Source: Zygnema circumcarinatum SAG 698-1b | Lineage: Eukaryota > Plantae > Zygnematophyceae | DNA: 64,000 bases | Reading direction: 5' to 3' | Assembly: GCA_037447605.1 (NCBI GenBank) | Contig: CM074810.1 | Location: forward strand, 2,948,880-3,012,879 | In this document: positions 31,694-46,300 of the stretch, piece by piece | Layout of the letters: each line of letters starts with the position of its first letter | Numbering within the stretch: the stretch's first letter is position 1 | Translations under genes and position numbers: made by a program | Notes under the pieces: model-generated | Seen by the model: only the letters and a program-made list of their open reading frames with translations | Database searches by the model: none | What the model was told of the DNA's origin: nothing

Positions 31694-34600
31694 ATGGCGC
31701 TCGAATTTCGGATCCCTCAATATTTGCGAGACGTGGAGGCGGAGCCGGAGCAGGAGGGGCTGCTCTATGCGAGGCAGGCGGTGAATGTGGCGTCCATGGA
31801 TGGGCGGGAAGTAAATGAATTCATACAAGGTGACAGGAAGAAATGGATGTAGTTTTTACTCTTATTTCATGGAATATTTTATCTTCATTTGATAGAAGTG
31901 GTGCGTACTGCTGGAAATCCTCACTCTCTCTTTCTCTCTCTCTCTCTCTTTCCCGCTCTCCTCTCTCTCTCACACTCTCTCTCTTTCTCTCTCTCTTTCC
32001 CTCTCTCTTCTCTCTCTCTCTCTTCCTCTCTGCTTTCCTTGCTCTCTTTCTCTGTCGTTTTATCTCCGTTTGTCTTTCCCTCCCTCTAGCTCGCTCTCTC
32101 GCTCTCTGTTCCTGCACACAGGAAGTGGTCATGTTTTAAAGCCTTTTTCTTTTCTACTTCTACTAATGGAAAGCTCCTGATAGCAATAATCAATCTACTT
32201 TAATTTTCCGTTTCAATAATCAGATATGAAAACTTGCTTCAGCAATCTTTTTCAATTAGTGCATGTGATAGTGTTTGCGGCTTAACCATCTTCTTTAATA
32301 ATCTGCTGTCATCTTGTGCTCCAATGGTTTCCTTTCACGATCGTCCTTAATTATATTCTTTTTTTTTAATCTGCTCTCATATTCTGCTTTTTTATCATGC
32401 AGAGCTTGCATTTGAGCTCTCAGAGAAGGAGGTGCTGTGCATTGAAGAAGAGGAAGTTTTCAGCCGAGCGTACTCGCTTGTCAGGTGCTGGATATACACT
32501 ACACAAAAATTTTGCAATGAAGCAGGACCAATCTGTGGAAAATTGAATAAAAAATGGAAAATTTTGAAGTGAGGAGTTGTCCGACTGTTTCTTTAAGGAA
32601 GCTTTCAGACCACCTTGACACTCTATCGCTGACAGAGTAGTGCTATAAGCTATTTTGTAATTATTTTTGAACATGATTTTATGGGGACTGTGCAGGGACT
32701 TTGAGTCGTTATCGCCAACAGCTAAAGTACATGTTGTTGACATTTTTCGGACCAGTTTCAGCTGTCTGGCCCCGTCCATAGAGTCCGTAATTTCCGCTTA
32801 TCTGAAGGAGGGATTTGATGGAGACGGGTCGATTTCTGCCCACATGCGGTCACATAGAAACGCTCTAAAAATCTACACCTTCTTTCTGCATTGGCTCATT
32901 GTGGCGGCTGAAAGTGAAAGCGTTCCTGAAACTGGAGAATCAAACAAAGTAGCTCGAAAGGTAAAGCTCTTAAACACCCCATCTACTATACAGGATGAGA
33001 TAATTGTTGGCCCAATTTTGACTGCAGACCTAAAACTGAACTGACTGATGACCTAAAACTGACTGACTGGTTGATCTACAACTGCAGTAAACCTAAATTT
33101 GAATTGACTGTTGACCTACAACTGACAGCAAACCTAAATTTGAATTGACTGTTGACCTAAACTGGCTATTGACCTAGTTGAACTGACTATTGACCTAAGA
33201 AAAAAATGTTGACCGAAACTGACTGTAGGCCTAAAACTGAGAACTGACTTGAAACTTAAACCTGGTTCTAGCCTAAAGATTGGTTCTTGACTAAAGCCTT
33301 GCCCCTGTTTTTTTGACTTAAACCTGATTGTCAATTTAGACTATTGATTATTGAACAAAACTACCCTTCAGCTTACATATGATAAATGCTTAGAGTATGA
33401 TATGTCTAGCTAATACTTATTTATTATTTACTTATCTTCTAAACACGGCTTTCTGAAAGCTCCTGAAGGTGCCTGCTTAGCATTCCCTGCATGACTCAAC
33501 CCTCTACAAAGCTGAATCAGTACTGAACCATTCAGCCTCTTCTTCTCAATGAGTCAAACAGAATAGTCTTATTTTTAGCTATTGGTTAACTGTTTAGTCA
33601 GTTATTTGAATGTGTCCAGCAGACCAGAAAGAAGCACCTTCCTCCCGAGTGGCGGTGGAGTGAGAAGCGACCCCAAGTCGTACGGCCCTTAGCGGTGGTC
33701 CTCCTCCGCGACCTTGAGCAGCTCTTTCAAGGAAACAGACCGGAAGAGAGTCTCATCGGCCTCTTCACAACGTGCGAAACCCTAATTTCATCTTGCAAAC
33801 CCTAATCAAATCTTCACACATGCATCATCATCTGCATCACTTGAAACAGGGAATGATTTGCCCTAATTTTCTGCATCCTGATGTGTATTGTAAGATTCTA
33901 TTGATGTTGCAGAGCATGGAAGCTTTCTTGCAAACCCTAATCTTCACACATCATCATCTTCTGCATCACTTGAAACAGGAAATGATTTTGCCCTGATTTT
34001 CTGCATCCTGATGTGTATTGTAAGATTCTATTGATGTTGCAAAGCATGGAAGCGTTGTTAGGGTTCTCTAATCTTCACACATGCATCACTTGAAACAGAG
34101 AATGATTTGCCCTAACTTTCTGATCCTGATGTGTATTGTTAGATTCTATTGATGTTGCAAAGCATGGAAACCTTTGTTAGGGTTCTTCCATGACGTCAAG
34201 CTCGAGACTTTCACAACTTAGATTCGCATATGCAAGTTCAAATTATTCAAAGGTTCAAAGATTAACACATTTTATGATTCGGTGGGATGCAGAATCAGCT
34301 TCACATTGTTAGAAAACCCGGACATTGCGAAGGAGACCGACACAAAGGAGGCAGTTTTCAGAATGCTGAATTGCTGTGCTGAAAAATATGGTTGCCTTGA
34401 ACCCGTGGCAGCTTCTATTATTGACCAACTTTACAAACATGAGCGGTTAACCATCCTTCTAGCCGACCTAGTTTCAAGCGGAGAAGGCATTTTAGCATCT
34501 GAAATCATTCAGCAAATCGCAAAAACTCATCCCAAATCTTTCGTTCGAGACCTTGCCGGAACGCGAAATATCGCCGATTTTTTGCAATCTTTGGCTGAAA

Positions 34601-37600
34601 AACATCCAAAAATTGTAGCAAAAAATCTGAGTCTCCTTATGCCATACTTGAATGAAGAGCCTTACATTATTCGGAACGGAATAATTGCTATTATGGGATT
34701 GATGGTAGTGAAAGTGTTTCTAGATAAGCAGGCGGAGGGCTCCAACGGAACTGAAACTGCGAGAATTCGGAGCAAAGATAGTCTGCTTAACCATTTATTG
34801 GAACGAGCCCGCGATTCTTCGGCTTATACAAGAAGCAAAGTTTTGCAAACTTGGGCTTACCTTTGTGAAGAAAAGGCAATTCCGTTAAGTTATTGGAATG
34901 AAGTTACGGAGATAGCAGTCGGAAGGTTGGAGGATAAAGCAGCTTTAGTCAGAAAATCCGCTTTGCAGGTGAGAAAAACGAAAAATTGAATTGTTTTGAG
35001 AGTTTTCACACCCTTTATTTCTCACTTTGGATGCAGATGCAAGAAATTCAAGCGGTAATGTTGGTAAGGACTCAGCAGGAAGATTTTGCTAAAGGAAGAT
35101 TCTAGCTCCCGTTTGATCGTTGTTGTATTTTAAGATTTCTTAACAAAAATGAGTGTAAATGTGTACTGGAATAAGTCTTGGAATCGTCAGGTCTAAGTTT
35201 TCTGATGATTTTGATTTTGATTTACTCCCCCCATTACTCCCCCCCCCCCCTTTTTTTTTTTTGGGCAGCTGCTGTATGTGATGATGCAGATGAACCCATT
35301 TGGAGATGACTTCACATCGAGTCGGATTGAAGCATCTTTGGAAGCTTTCGAGAAGCAGCTTCAGGAGATGAATGCGAATGAAAGCACAGAAACTGAAACT
35401 GCAACTGGAACTGAAACTGGAACTGAAACTGATGGGACAGAAACGACAAGGGAGCCTCAAGCTGACGAACCGTCCACTTCAAAGAGCAGTAAAGCTGCTT
35501 CCAGGACCGAAATTCGGACAGAAAATGTGACTGAAAATGAGATAAACTCCGAAAAACAAGCCTCTCCTTCTGTATCTCAGTCTCCTTCAGACGAAACCCT
35601 CCAAGAAACCCAATACAATGACAGTGGACCTTCACAAGTAGAAGAAGATGCTCCGAAAACAAAGCAAGCAGGAGAGAGCAGCTTTACGTTGGGACAGATT
35701 CGTACTTTAATTGCATCCTTGAAGACATTTTTGAGTTTTAGCAGACAAGTGGAAGGAGCAATTCCCACTGCTGTGCAGCTTCTCGCTTCAAACAATCGTA
35801 CGGATGTAGAACAGGCCCTTCAGCTGCTCACTCTCGCGTTCCAGTTCCATGTTGACGGAGCGGAAAAAGTTCATCGCAAAATGCTACCTTTGGTAAGGGT
35901 TCCAAATTACCCTTCTTACTTCTTCTTACTTTCTTCTTCCTTCCTCGTTCTTCCTTCTTGCTGCCTTCTTTTCTTCCATTCATGAAGCGCCAAAGTGTAA
36001 GCGAAACTTTTTTTCTTGTTGGGAATTGTAGTGTTTTTGAGCTTTGATGAAGCAAGATAACTAACAGAATATGACTATGACTATGATAGCGATAGCTGTC
36101 GAAATGACTAAGACTAAATTAATGGCCACGACTATGTTTATGACAAGGAGTATGACTATGGTACCATAACTATGACTACGATAACTACAGTTATGACTAC
36201 GACTATTGCCCCTGTGTGCAGGTTTTCAGTCAAGATCCGAACGTTCGAAAAGCGGTAGAGGGCGCTATTATGAGTTTGTACTTGCAGGATTCCTTCACTT
36301 CGGCGGAAATCGCTCACAATTTGGCGGAGCTCACTCTCGGGGCCTCTATTGGAGACTTAACCTCTCTGGAGGAGATCATCTGCGGATTTGTACAGAGGGG
36401 AGAAATCACGCCAGACATAGTAAGCTTCTGCCTTTCGCCCCTCCCTCTCCCCCCTCTATTTTTCCTCCTCCTATTCTCCTCCTCCTCCTCCGTCCCCTCC
36501 TTCCTCTTCTCCTCCTTCCCTCTCCTTTCTCCTCCTCCTTCTCCTCCTTCTCTTCTTCCTCCTCATCCTCCTCCTCCTCCTCCTCCTATCCTCCTCCTCC
36601 GTCCCCTCCTTCCTCTTCTCCTCCTTCCCTCTCCTTCCTCCTCCTTCGCCTCCTCGTTTTCCTCCTCCTCCTCCGCCTCCTCCTCCTTCTCCTCCTTCTC
36701 ATCTTCCTCCTCGTCCTCCTCCTCTGTCCCCTCCTTCCTCTTCTCCTCCTTCCCTCTCCTTCCTCCTCCTCCTTCTCCTCCTTCTCATCCTCCTCCTCCT
36801 CCTTCTCCTCCTTCTCATCTTCCTCCTCGTCCTCCTCCTCTGTCCCCTCCTTCCTTCTCCTCCTCCCTCCTTCCTCCTCCTCCTTCTCCTCTTTCTCATC
36901 CTCCTCCTCCTCCTTCTCCTCCTTCTCATCTTCCTCCTCGTCCTCCTCCTCTGTCCCCTCCTTCCTCTTCTCCTCCTTCCCTCTCCTTCCTCCTCCTCCT
37001 TCTCCTCCTTCTCATCCTCCTCCTCCTCATCCTTCTCCTCCTCATCTTCCTCCTCGTCCTCCTCCACTGTCCCCTCCTTCCTCTTCTCCTCCTGCCCTCT
37101 CCTTCCTCCTCGTCCTTCTCCTCCTTCTCATCCTCCTCCTTTTCCTCCTCTGTCCCCTCCTTCCTCTTCTCCTCCTTCCCTCTCCTTCCTCCTCCTTCTC
37201 CTCCTTCTCCTCCTTCTCATCCTCCTCCTTTTCCTCCTCTGTCCCCTCCTTCCTCTTCTCCTCCTTCCCTCTCCTTCCTCCTCCTTCTCCTCCTTCTCCT
37301 CCTTATCATCCTCCTCCTCCTATCCTCTTCCTCCTCCTCTGTCCCCTCCTTCCTCTTCTCCTCCTTCCCTCTCCTTCCTCCTCCTCCTTCTCCTCCTTGT
37401 CATCCTCCTCCTTCTCCTCCTTGTCATCCTCCTCCTTCTCCTCCTTGTCATCCTCCTCCTCTTCCTCCTCCGTCCCTTCCTTCCTCTTCTCCTCTTTCCC
37501 TCTCCTTCCTCCTCCTCCTCCTCCTCCTCCTCCTCCTCCTCTTCACCTCTAAATTTCTGCAGTCCCTACCCTTTGCAGGTAGCTGCTCTGTGGGAATGTT

Positions 37601-38732
37601 TCAAATTCAACCAACCGCGCATCACTCCCGCACTCAGCCGCGGAGCTCTTGTCATTCTCACCATGGCTGCAAAGTCAAACCCTGAAATTATGACTCTTAA
37701 TCTTTCCAGCCTTTTAAGAATAGGATTTGGAGCTCGTGCTCGCGAAGATGCTCTTCTTGCGCGTTACACATGCATCGCTTTACAGCGGTTGCCGGCTAAA
37801 GAACGGCAAAACATGCATGGAAGTCACAAGGTGTTCTCCTCCCTTAGCAGCATTCTCATTGAGTCTCCTCTTCCGGAAAATAATTGGTATACAGCTGCAG
37901 AGCAAGCTATAAAAGCTATTTACTCTCTTCATGGAGCTCCGGAAGCTTATTCTTCTCAAATTATTAGGAGGCTCGTTAAGCAGCTTTTTCCGCATAGTAA
38001 GGCGGTGGATAATGCAGGGGGAGATGACTTTAAAGAGGGTCTGAAGGAGGTTAAAGGGGAAGAAGGTGGTCGAGAAAATTCGTCCAATAAGGAGGCTCTG
38101 ATTAGGTCAACATTTTCGAGTGTTTCTGTATCTCAATTAAGTCGATTTTTGTTCATTGTGGGACAAGTAGCTCTACAGCATTTAGTGTATGTGGAAAATG
38201 CAGTAAAGCTTGTTAGGCAGCAACAAGCTGAGAGGGAGAAGGCGGAGAGAGAGAAGGCTGCAACGGAGAGGCTGGAGAGGACTGAGGGAGTGGGAGAGAG
38301 TGCAGACACCAAGGTGAGATTGAAGTTACAAACCAACCAGTAAATAAATCATTGGAAAATTGAAAAACATCTTAAGCTATCACTAATGTAAGAGTAAGGA
38401 CTGCTTTGGAACGGTTTAATTATTTGTTTCTGGGGGAGAAGATTGACTTTTCTGGGACATGCACAAATGGACTTTCTAACTATATCATTAGTGAGAGAGA
38501 CAGATGAAGAGAGAGAGAGAGCGAGAGCGAGAAAGAGAGAGAGTTGATTATCCGTTATGAAGAGAGAAGGAAAAAGAGTAGATAAAGCGAGAGAGAGAGA
38601 GAGTGAGAGTGAGGAAGAAAGAGAGTTGATTATCCGTTATGAAGAGGAAAGGAGCCAAAAGTATTTACCCAGTTTCTTATCACCGGCCTATATTGTCAGC
38701 GAGAGTGCGAGAGAGATCATAAAGAACAGGGC

Positions 38733-38816
<84 letters not shown>

Positions 38817-40261
38817 ACATGATATCTTGATTAACTCAAAACTAGAGAGAGAGGGAGAGAGAGAGAGAGAGGGAGAGTTGATTATCAGTTTGAAAAGGGA
38901 AGAAATTAGAGTAATTTTTAGTTTTCTTTCCTGGGCCACCTATTTCATGGCAGGAGGATGGCATCAACGTTGAGCTTGGAGTAGGGGCTTCTTTAGACGC
39001 TGAGCTGGACAACATGTTCGACGAAACGGAACGGGAAATCTGCTCAAAATCTGCAACAGGGAAAACGTTTCTGATTGGAGCGATTGCGCCATTGGTGGCT
39101 CGAATCTGCCAACACACATCATTGCTTCAGCAGGTAGAGGACATACAAACTGAATTTCAGAGCTCATACTTTGGGATTTCGCGAAATTTGGGGGTAAATT
39201 TCATACTTTTTTGCAGAAGGTGCGGAACATAGGCAGTGAATTTCAGATAAACCTATTTTTTTTTGCGAAAATTGGGATAGATTCTATTATTTTTTGCAGC
39301 AGCCGCGGAATATAGGCACTGAACTGCAGAGATTTGGTGCTAAATTCTATATTTCCTTTTCTGATATATTTGCAGCATTCCGTACTCCGTTCTTCGGCTG
39401 TTCTCGCCCTCTCCAAACTTATGGCGATTGACGCGTCTTTCTGGTAAGGACTGTTAACAAATGCCTATGTGTGCAAGAGAGAGGAAAGTGGGACAGAGGA
39501 AGAGAGGGAGAGGGAGAGGGAAAGGGAGAGGGAGAGGGAGAGAAACAGAAGTGGGGAGGGGGAAGGGGGGAGGGGGAAGGGAGACGAGGGACAGGGAGAG
39601 TGGGGGAGGGGCGCGAGGAGAGAGAGAGAGAGTGATGGGGAAGCGAAGGGTTAGGGGGAGAGAAAGCGAGGGCTCTTGCTAGATAGATGTGATAAGAAAA
39701 AGATGACGCATTAGTGTCAAAATGTGTACGTTATATAAGAGTAAAGAATCCTCTTAAGTAATCGGTAACTGGTTTTCGGAGCGAGGTGATGGCAGACAAG
39801 TATGAGTGAGCGAGTGACAGAGAGAGAGAGATAAATCTTTTCCTAAGCACAAATAAGCTAAGCGAGGAACGAGTTAAGACTTGAAAAAAAAGGGTGATGC
39901 TTGTTCGAGAGTGAAGGAATGAATTCCAGAAGCATCTCACCAATCTCCCTCACATTTGAATTCTCTAATTCTTTCCCTCTTTTGCACTACCCCCTCCCCT
40001 TCCCCCTCCCCCCTCCNNNNNNNNNNCCAGCGGGCCCGCCTCCCTCTCCTCGTGACCGCCTCCCAGCAGGCCCCTCCCCCCTCTGTTCGCGCCAACGCCC
40101 TCGCCGCGCTCGGGGACGCGGCGGCGCGGCACCCCGCGCTGCTGGCGCCATGGTCCGTACACCTGTACGGACGACTCAGGGACACGGCGCCACGTGTGCG
40201 CAAGAATGCGGTGCTCGTGCTCTCGCATCTCGCGCTAAACGACATGATCAAGGTGCGCAAG

Positions 40262-40301
<40 letters not shown>

Positions 40302-43300
40302 CTCTCTCTCGCTCACTATCTCCCTCTGTCTCTGCCTCCAACTCCTTTTCTCTCATCGGCTTATCGCATCGCCTATTCCACTCTCCCTGTCTTTTCATCG
40401 TCCACATTTTCCTGCTCCCCGTTCCTCTTCCCCCCCTCCTGTTTTTGTACCTCGTCCTCGTCCTCTCCCTTCCTCTCCCTCTTCCTCTCCCACTCTCCTC
40501 TCTCTATCACCGGAGCCTTACCGTATCGTCCCTTTCACTTCCTCTTTTCACTCTCCCTGTCATTTCCTCTTCCACGTTCCGTTCTCCATCTCCCTCTTCC
40601 TCTCCCTCGTCCTTTTCTTTTCCGCTCCCTCTCCTCTCCCTCCCTCTCCATTTTCTCCCCTCTCCCGAACTCGCTCTCACTGGCGCCTTACCGCATCGTC
40701 TCTTTCACTTTCTCTTTTTCATTCTCCCTGTCATTTCATCTTTCACATTCCTCCCCCTCCCTCTTCCTCTCCACTCCCCCTCCCGCTCCCGCTTCTTCTC
40801 TTCCTCGCCCTCGCCGCTTCCCCACCTGCTCCTCTCCCTCTCTTCCTTCTCCTCCTTTCCCACGCTGTTTCCCCTTTCCTCTCCCCCTCCTCTCCCCCTT
40901 CCCTTCTCCCCCTCCACCTCGGTCTCTCCGTTTTCCCACATTTCCCCTCCCTCACTTCCATCTCCTCCTTTCCTCCCTTTCCCTCTTCCTCTCCTTCTCC
41001 CCTTTCCGCTCCACTTCTCGCTCCCTCTCGCTCCTCTCCCTCTCCCTCTCCCTCTCCCTCTCCCCCTCTCCCTCTCCCTCTCCCCTCTCTCCTCTCCCCT
41101 CCTCCACTCTCCGCCTCCCTCCCTCTCCCTCTCCCTCTCCCTCTCCTCTCCCTCTCCCTCTCCTCTCCCTCTCCTCTCCCTCTCTCCCTCTTCTCTCCTT
41201 CTCCCTTTCCCGCTCCACTTCTCTCGGCTCCCTCTCCTCCTCTCCCTCTCCCTCTCCCTCTCCCTCTCCCGCTCCCTCTCCCTCTCCTCTCCCTCTCCTC
41301 TCCCTCTCCTTTCCCTCTCCCTCTCCCTCTCCCTCTCTCCCTCTCTCCTCTCCCTCTCCCCTCTCCCTCTCCCTCTCCCTCTCCCTCTCCCTCTCCCTCT
41401 CCCTCTCCCTCTCCCTCTCCTCCCCTCTCCTCTCCCTCTCCCCTCTCCCTCTCCCTCTTTCCTCTCCTCCTCTTTCCTCTCCTCTCCCTCCCTCTCCCTC
41501 CTCCCTCTCCCTCTCCCTCTCCCTCTCCCTCTCCTCTCCCTCTCCTCTCCTCCTCTCCTCTCCACTCTCCTCTCTCCCCTCTCCCTCTCCCTCTCCTCTC
41601 CCTCCTCCCTCTCCCCTCCTCCCTCTCCCTCTCCTCTCCCCTCCTCCCTTCTCCTCTCCCTCTCCACTCTCCCTCCCCTCTCCCTCTCCCCTCTCCCTCT
41701 CCCTCTCCCTCTCCCTCTCCCTCTCCTCTCCCTCTCCCTCTCCCTCTCCCTCTCCCTCTCCCTCTCCCTCTCCCTCTCCCTCACTGCCTCCCCCCCTCCC
41801 TCTCCCTCTCCCTCTCCTCCTCCCTCTCTCCTCTCCTCTCCCTCTCCCTCTCCCTCTCCCTCTCCCTCTCCCTCCTCCTCTCCCTCTCCTCTCTCCCTCT
41901 CCCCCCTCCCCCTCCCCCTCCCCCGCCTCCCCCCTCCCCTCCCCTCCCCTCCCCTCCCCCTCCCCCCCTCCCCCTCCCCCTCCCCCTCCCTCTCCCCCTC
42001 CCCCTCCCCCCCTCCCCTCCCCCTCCCCCTCCTCCCCCCTCCCCTCCTCCCCCCCCTCCCCCCTCCCCCCTCCCCTCCCCTCCCCCTCCTCCCCTCCCCT
42101 CCCCCCTCCCCTCCCCCTCCCCTCCCCCTCCCTCTCCCCTATCCCCCTCCCCCTCCCCCTCCCCTCCCCTCCCCCTCCCCCTCCCCTCCCCCTCCCCCTC
42201 CCCCCTCCCCTCCCCCCTCCCCACTCACCTCCCTCTCCCCCTCCCTCTCCCCCCTCCCCCCTCCCCCTCCCCTCCCCTCCTCCCCTCCCCCTCCCCTCCC
42301 CTCCCCTCCCCCTCCTCCCTCTCCCTCTCCCTCTCCCTCCTCTCCCTCTCCTCTCCTCTCCCTCTCCCTCTCCCTCTCCTCTCCCTCTCCTCTCTCTCCT
42401 CTCCCTCTCCTCCTCCTCTCTCTCCCTCTCCCTCTCCTCTCCCTCTCCCTCTCCCTCTCCCTCTCCCTCTCCCTCTCCTCTCCCTCTCCCTCTCCTCTCC
42501 TCTCCCTCTCCCTCTCCCTCTCCCCTCCCTCTCCTCCTCCTCTCCTCTCCCCTCTCCCTCTCCCTCCCTCCTCTCCCTCTCCCTCTCCTCTCCCTCTCCC
42601 TCTCCCTCCTCTCCCACCTCTCCCTCTCCCCTCTCCCTCTCCCTCTCCCTCTTTCCCCTCTCCTCTCCCTCTTTCCTCTCCCTCCCTCTCTCCCTCTCTC
42701 CTCTCCCTCGCCCTCCCCCTCCCTCTCCCTCTCCTCTCCTCTCCCTCTCCCTCTCCCTCCTCCCTCTCTCCACTCTCCCTCTCCCTCTCCCTCTCCTCTC
42801 CCTCTCCCTCTCCCTCTCTCCTCCCCTCCCCTCCCCTCCCCCTCCCCTCCCCCTCCCCCTCCCCCCTCCCCCCCTCCCCTCCCCCGCCTCCCCTCCCCCT
42901 CCCTCTCCCCTCCCCCTCCCCCTCCCCCTCCCCTCCCGCTTTTACCTCCCCCCCTCCCCCTCCTCCCCTCCCCCCCTCCCCTCCCCGCCTCCCCTCCCCT
43001 CCCCCCTCCCCTCCCCCCTCCCCCCTCCCTCCCCTCCCCCTCCCCTCCTCCTCTTTATCCCCCCCTCCCCTCCCCCTCCCTCCCCTCCCCCTCCCCTCCC
43101 CCTCCCCACCCCTCCCTCCTCCTGCCTCTCCCACTCCCCTCCCTCCTCCTCTCCCCTCCTCTCCACCCCTCCCCTCCCTCCCCTCCCCCCTCCCCTCCCC
43201 TCCCCCTCCCCTTTTCCCTCCCCTCCCCCTCTCCACACTCTCCCTCTTTCTCCCTCTCCTCTCCCTCTCCTCTTTCCCTATCTCCCCTCTCCCTCTCTCC

Positions 43301-46300
43301 TCTCCTCTCCCTCTCCCTCTCCCTCTCTCCCTCTCCCCTCTCCTCTCTCCTCTCCCTCTCCCTCTCCCTCTCCCCTCTCCCTCTCCCTCTCTCCCTCTCC
43401 CTCTCTCCCCTCTCCCTCTCCCCTCTCCCTCTCCCTCTCCCTCTCCCTCTCCTCTCCCTCTCCCTCTCCCTCTCCCACCTCTCCTCTCCTCCACCCCTCT
43501 CCCACTTCCTCTCCCTCTCCCTCTCCCTCTCTCCCTCTCCCTCTCCCTCTCCTCTCCCTCTCCCTCTCCCTCTCCCTCTCCTCTCCCTCTCTGCCTCTCT
43601 CCCTCTCTCTCCCCCCACCTCTCCCTCTCCCCCCTCTCCTCCCTCTCCCCCCTCTCCCTCTCCCCTCTCCCTCTGCCTCTCCTCTCCCCTCCCTCCCTCT
43701 CCCTCCCCCTCCCCTCCTCCCCCTCCCCCACCTCCCCCTCCCCTCCCCCTCCCCTCCCCTCCCTCCCCCTCCCCCCTCCCCTCCCCCTCCCCTCCCCTCC
43801 CCTCCCCCTCACCCCCCTCCACCTCCCCCTCCCCCTCCCCTCCCCCCTCCTTCCCCTCCCCTCCTCCCCCTCCCCTCCCCTCCTCTCCCTCTCCCTCTCC
43901 TCTCCCCTCTCCCTCCCTCTCCCTCTCAAAATCTCCCTCTCCCTCTCCCTCTCCCTCTCCGTCTCCCACCCTCACAGCCTGTGTGTGCGAGAGTGCAGGT
44001 GAAGGGCCACCTCAGCGAGATGGCCCTCCGAGTGGAGGACGAGGACCGCCGCATTTCCGACCTCGCTCGGCTCTTCTTCCTCGAACTCGCCCAGAAAGGT
44101 CCGGCCTTACTCTACTACATAATAAAATAAATATTCTCCAGTGAAAACGCATCATCCAAAAAGATTGTGCAAATTGTAATATATGTAGTTGTGTAGACAA
44201 AACGAGGACTTGATTGTGATTGTTTCGAAAGCACAAAGAAAGGCTAGGATTCGGGTTTTTCTACAATTAAGGATTCCAAGGTTTTGACCCATCTCTCGCT
44301 CATCTCCCTACTGCCACTCTTTCTTAATTCTTTTCCCCTTTTTTTTTTTTTTGTGGGTATTTCAGGTGGAAACCCCATATACAGCTTGTTTCCGGAGATG
44401 TTGAATCGGCTCTCTTTGGAGGAGAGCCTCTCCCGCGAGTCCATACGAAGCATTTTGCAATTCCTCATCTCTCTCATACAAAAGGTAGCATTTTCTTCTC
44501 CCTTCGTTTCTTCTTTCTATGGGACTATAGGAAGAATGCATAGAACCCTGTTATCATGGTTTCTGAGGCCTTTAGAATAAGAGAATGAGGGTCAGATAGT
44601 ATGTGTGGGAGAGAGAGAGAGAGGGAATGAGAGCGAGAGAGGGAATGAGAGCGTGAGAGTGAGACTGAAGGGTGAAAGAAGAAGCGAGAGTGTTAGTGTG
44701 AATGTGAGTGCGAGTGAGTGAACGAAGAGAATCCGACAGTATGTGAGTAGATAGAATTAGAGAGTGAGAGTGAGGTGAGGTGGTGAGGTGCAGGTGAGGT
44801 GAGGTGAGGTGAGGTGAGGTGAGGTGAGGTGTGAGGTGGGGAGTGAGATTGGAAGAGTGTAGGTGGAAGGGGTGGGGTGAGGGTGGCGGAGTGGGGTGGG
44901 AGGTGGGGGTGAGGTGGGAGAGTGGGGTGAGGTTGGGTGGGGTGAGGTGGGAGTGGGGGTGAGGTGCGGAGTCGCGAGGAGGGGGTAGAGCGAGGGCAAG
45001 AGTGAGAGTGGAGTGAGTGGGAGTGGGAGTGTGAGTGAGAGGAGTGAGAAGTGAGTGAATGTGACCAGCGCTCTTTGTAGTCCAAAGGGTCTGCTTCCGA
45101 CCACATACTTTCCGTTTGCAGTACAAATTTCAACGCTTCCTGTCTCTCTCTCTCTCTATCTCAATCTCTCGCACTCCCTCTCCCTCTCTCACACACACAC
45201 TCTATCGGATTGCCTTGCTTATTCATCGGTTTTTATTTTCTTATTTTTGTGATGATTTATTTATTTTAAATATGTCATTTCTTCTGAACAGGAGAAGCAG
45301 AACGAAGGCCTCATTGAGAGGCTTTCGAGCCGGTTCGAGGGAATAAGCGGTGAGATATGAGCTCGCAATAAGGATAGAAAGAAAGAAAAAAACAAGCATT
45401 TGGATCTATCCAAATCTAAAATAAACACAATAGTGCATAAACAAATTGCCATAACGAACCCTAATGTGGGCGAAAAAATCTTTTATTTAATGTATATACG
45501 CATAAGTTAAAAACTTCCTTCCTTCCCCTTCTTCCTTTTGTCGCTCACCACACAGAAAATACCCTTTCTTTTTATCAGAGAAATTCCCATTTTTTTCGAA
45601 AAAGCAACTAACTAACTGTCAAATTTGGCCTTTCAATTTTTCTTTTTTATCCAACCTTGATTTTTACACCTAAATATGTATTCTTTTCTCCTTTGAATAT
45701 TTTTTTCCTTTCTTCAGATGTGAGACAGAGCAGAGACATTGCCTTCTCCCTCTCTCTCCTCTCCTACTCCGAGAGGGGAATAAAACGACTCACGGACAAT
45801 TTCCGATATTACAAAAGTGCCCTTCACGATGCCGAAGTGATGAGCCATTTTTCTGCAATTCTAGCAAAGGTGAAAAAGATCAAATAGGAAATCTTCATTC
45901 TTCTTTCTGGTCTTGTTTTCATCTCTTCATCCCCCCTCCCTGCCCCTCACTCTTCGCCCTCTTTTCTCTCCTCCCTCCCCCTTCTCCCTCTTCTTCTCCC
46001 ACTTCGCTCTTCCTCCTCTTCCTTTCTCCCAGTTCTTCTCCCTTGTCTCTCCCCCTCCCCTTTCTCCCACTTTATCTCCTACTTTTCTCCCCTCTTTCCC
46101 CTTCTCTCTCTCCCCCTTCTCCCTCCCCCTCCTTCTCCCTCTTCTCCCCTCCCCCTTCTCCCTTTTCTCTCTCCCTTTTCCCCCTTTTCCCTCCCCCCCT
46201 TCTCCCGTCCTCTTCTTCTCCCTGTTCTCTCTCCCCCGCCTTCCCCCCTCCCTCTCCTTCCTCTCGTCTCCCACTTCCCTCTCCCGCCTCTCTCCCCTCC

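Noticed and set aside
36206-37685. 448-aa and 489-aa low-complexity ORFs
   Set aside because: Read-through of the CCT/CTT intron between CAP-D2 exons.
39901-44130. 1409-aa and 1348-aa Pro/Ser/Leu-rich ORFs (extensin-like) and antisense Gly/Glu/Arg ORFs
   Set aside because: These are translations of a stop-free CT microsatellite intron; only the embedded CAP-D2 exons are coding.
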